64,000 nucleotides of DNA from a bacterium (GTDB lineage Bacteria > SAR324 > NAC60-12). A model generated the notes under the pieces. That model was not told where the DNA came from. It ran no database searches and saw nothing but the letters and a program-made list of their open reading frames with translations. Numbering within the stretch: the stretch's first letter is position 1; each line of letters begins with the position of its first letter. This document shows, in pieces, positions 61,312-64,000 of this stretch. The stretch is from assembly GCA_965233585.1 (NCBI GenBank), contig CBDDTI010000747.1, forward strand, positions 384,001 through 448,000, written 5' to 3'. A program made the position numbers and the translations under genes.

Positions 61312-62020
61312 CAAGTGGCAGCCGATAGGGGTTTGCGATGCCGCAGGTTCTGGCAAGAGGAAGGCAAAAATTTTCACCCGTGCAGACTTTGACAAGATAG
61401 CAACCTTTGACCTGAATCGTCAAAATTGGCAGGGGCATTCTGGAATGCAAACCTTGATTTTGCGTTATGCCAGAGATGTTGCCAAAATGTCCACACTCAC
61501 ACGAGACATGAAAAACCCACGTGTCTGTCACGTCAAGTTGGTTGGAATGCAGATGCAACTCAAAGAAACGCCTTGGCTCAATCAAGCCTCGTACGATGGT
61601 CAAGTTCAGCTGTTTCAAGTAGAGTTCCTTGACCAGCCGAGCAAGCAGTCGGCTTGGTGGCTTTGGGTCTTGCTTTTACTTTTACTCATCGCCCTGTTGG
61701 CAGTCATCGCTTTGTTCGTGCAATCCTCTTTCAACACCTCTCCAAAAACAACGTTTTGCCACATGCAATCTGTCAACTATGAACAGCATCTTGACCAAGC
61801 ACACCAAGAACTTGACCAAGTTTTTTCAAAATCGCTTTTAGCCAATCGCTTTGGCAATTTTTTTGATGATTTTTCAACCTCCAACCAAACTAGTGAACAG
61901 AAACTTTTGGGACGTTACCGTCAGCTTTTAGAAAATCCTCAAATTTCAGCCCAACACGTTCCCAAATCCACAGCATGCCTCAAAGTCTTATGCCAACAGG
62001 ACAATAGGCTTTGCCTCTAA
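61289..62020 (+). CDS. Hypothetical single-TM protein
   Basis: 243-aa ORF with a central TM segment (WWLWVLLLLLLIALLAVIALF). Confidence 0.6.
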   Translation: MSKNVPFSKWQPIGVCDAAGSGKRKAKIFTRADFDKIATFDLNRQNWQGHSGMQTLILRYARDVAKMSTLTRDMKNPRVCHVKLVGMQMQLKETPWLNQASYDGQVQLFQVEFLDQPSKQSAWWLWVLLLLLLIALLAVIALFVQSSFNTSPKTTFCHMQSVNYEQHLDQAHQELDQVFSKSLLANRFGNFFDDFSTSNQTSEQKLLGRYRQLLENPQISAQHVPKSTACLKVLCQQDNRLCL

Positions 62021-62060
62021 GCCATTCATTCTTAGCTGATTCATTTTTATTCTAAACGAT

Positions 62061-62540
62061 ATGACAACAATCTCTCAAAAAGTGGACAACCTCATTGACA
62101 GCATGCAGTCCTGTATCATCACCTTGTCCAAAGCAGATGGTTCGCTTTGTTTGGGGTATCTGCCGTTCATCAGGCAGGGGCAGGATTTTTACGTCTTTGC
62201 TTCAAGTCTTTCAGAACATGGGGCAAGTTTAGCTGCAGGTTGTCAGGCAAGTCTCATGTTTATTGAAGACGAACAACAAGCCAAAAGCATTACCATCAGG
62301 CAACGTGCGATGTTTGACATAGACTACAAACCCATTCCCACAGACCCCAAAATTCTTGACCTGTTTCAATCCCAACGTGATGAAATTTACGCCATGTTGC
62401 AAAAGATGTCAGACTTCAGCCTGTACCTTCTGCATCTCAAGAATGGAAGGCTCGTACAAGGCTTTGGTGCGGCATTTGTGCAAAATGCTGATGGAATTTG
62501 GGAGCATCTGTCTGCGGATAAACTTAAAAAATCAAGTTAA
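62061..62540 (+). CDS. HugZ/HutZ-like pyridoxamine 5'-phosphate oxidase family protein
   Basis: YLPFI, FYVFASSLSEH, SLMFIEDE, DFSLY, GRLVQGFGAAF. Confidence 0.82.
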   Translation: MTTISQKVDNLIDSMQSCIITLSKADGSLCLGYLPFIRQGQDFYVFASSLSEHGASLAAGCQASLMFIEDEQQAKSITIRQRAMFDIDYKPIPTDPKILDLFQSQRDEIYAMLQKMSDFSLYLLHLKNGRLVQGFGAAFVQNADGIWEHLSADKLKKSS

Positions 62541-62685
62541 GTCTTTCTTTTAAAACAAAATTCAGATACACTGACTGGCTTTTTTAAAGTCAAAATGGCA
62601 TGCAAAGTTTTGCTTCAAAAAAAATTGATTTTGAAGCAAAACATGCCAAATTCCTTAAAACTTATTTTTCCTAATAGAGTTTTTT

Positions 62686-64000
62686 ATGTCCCAAAAAGAA
62701 GACACAAACAAAGATGACTCGCAAAAAGAACATTTCAAAAGACCTTACTCTAGTCTTGTCACCGATGGCATGGAGCGTGCTGCAAGCCGTGGAATGCTGT
62801 ATGCGGTGGGTTTTCAAAAAGACGATTTTCAAAAACCCCAAATTGGCGTCGCAGGGACCTGGGCAATGGTGACTCCTTGTAACATGCACATTGACCGCCT
62901 TGTGCAAGATGTGGTTTCTGGTGTCAACAATTCTGGAGGCAAACCGATTCCATTCAACACGATTAGTATTTCTGATGGAATTTCAATGGGAACAGAAGGC
63001 ATGAAGTATTCGCTGGTGTCTCGTGAAGTCATTGCTGATTCCATTGAGACAGTGGTGGCGTGTCAGGGCTATGACGGAGTCGTTGCGATTGGCGGTTGTG
63101 ATAAAAATATGCCGGGGTGTCTCATCGCACTGGCAAGGCTTAATCGTCCCTCTCTCTTTGTTTATGGAGGCACGATTTTACCCGGTGAACATCAAGGTAA
63201 GAAAATAGACATCGTGTCTATTTTTGAGGCAGTTGGCAAAAGGGCATCTAATGAAATAGGAGACCAAGAACTGGAAGCCATTGAATCCAAAGCCATTCCC
63301 GGTGCAGGTTCTTGTGGTGGCATGTACACAGCAAACACGATGGCTTCTGCTATTGAAGCCTTGGGAATGAGCCTACCCAATAGTTCTGCACAAGCGGCAG
63401 TGTCTCAAGACAAATCCCAAGACTGCAAGCAGGCAGGTCAAGCTGTGATGAACCTCATCAGACGTGGCATTCTCCCTTGTGACATTATGACCAAAGAAGC
63501 CTTTGAAAATGCCATCACCCTCGTCACAGCAGTTGGAGGTTCAACCAATGCTGTTTTACATCTGATTGCCATGGCTTCTGCTATCAAGATTGAACTCACC
63601 CTTGAGGATTTCAGCAGAATTGGTCAAAAAACGCCTGTCATTGCAGACCTGAAACCAAGTGGCAAGTATCTCATGTCTGAACTCATTGATATTGGAGGCA
63701 CAGCACCCTTGATGAAAATGCTTTTAGAAGAAGGATTTTTACATGGTGATTGCCTGACTGTGACAGGTCAAACGATGCGTCAAAATTTGGCAAACGTTGC
63801 TCCTTATCCAGAGGGGCAATGTATTGTCAGGGGCTTTAACAATCCAATTAAACCAGAGGGGCATCTGGTTATGTTGTATGGCAATTTGGCAAAAGAGGGT
63901 TCTGTTGCCAAAATTTCAGGTAAAGAAGGGCTTGTCTTTTCTGGCAGTGCAAGGGTGTTTGATTCAGAAGAAGAGGCACTCAAGCGGATTTTAGACGGGA
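62686..64000 (+). CDS. ilvD: Dihydroxy-acid dehydratase (runs off the window; absent from the ORF track)
   Basis: [67 protein letters not shown]. Confidence 0.97.
   Translation, partial: MSQKEDTNKDDSQKEHFKRPYSSLVTDGMERAASRGMLYAVGFQKDDFQKPQIGVAGTWAMVTPCNMHIDRLVQDVVSGVNNSGGKPIPFNTISISDGISMGTEGMKYSLVSREVIADSIETVVACQGYDGVVAIGGCDKNMPGCLIALARLNRPSLFVYGGTILPGEHQGKKIDIVSIFEAVGKRASNEIGDQELEAIESKAIPGAGSCGGMYTANTMASAIEALGMSLPNSSAQAAVSQDKSQDCKQAGQAVMNLIRRGILPCDIMTKEAFENAITLVTAVGGSTNAVLHLIAMASAIKIELTLEDFSRIGQKTPVIADLKPSGKYLMSELIDIGGTAPLMKMLLEEGFLHGDCLTVTGQTMRQNLANVAPYPEGQCIVRGFNNPIKPEGHLVMLYGNLAKEGSVAKISGKEGLVFSGSARVFDSEEEALKRILDG

Noticed and set aside
1..64000. tRNA/rRNA genes or prophage
   Set aside because: No tRNA cloverleaf/T-loop signatures, rRNA-like segments or phage structural genes were recognised.

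Overview
A low-GC (about 40%) Gram-negative bacterial chromosome segment. The gene set (bamA, lolD, lnt, fliL-fliL-fliN-fliO-fliP, Tat-exported nirK) suggests a delta-proteobacteria/SAR324-like organism, possibly host-associated; this taxonomy is inference only. Housekeeping genes (valS 3' part, sugar ABC permeases, nucleoside hydrolase, ftsW, adk, M16 peptidase, dapD, ugd, ogt, fbaA, mtnN, ALDH7, ilvD 5' part) alternate with accessory islands filled with dRS3/REP-like palindromes and two IS1-family elements. The main finding is a family of six modular surface lipoprotein genes. They share a promoter, signal peptide and a ~100-aa N-terminal domain, and carry either Kelch-like propellers or a domain with a hypervariable, possibly C-type-lectin-like, C-terminus. 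Five carry a G8-G9 tract and one a T8 tract at the same point in the signal peptide; three are in frame (ON) and three are frameshifted (OFF), as expected of a phase-variable repertoire. Two SBBP beta-propeller lipoprotein paralogs differ by one T in a poly-T promoter spacer (17 vs 16 bp). A second highlight is a MarR regulator fused in frame to a eukaryotic-type glutathione synthetase, downstream of tandem YceI-like genes and near nirK.
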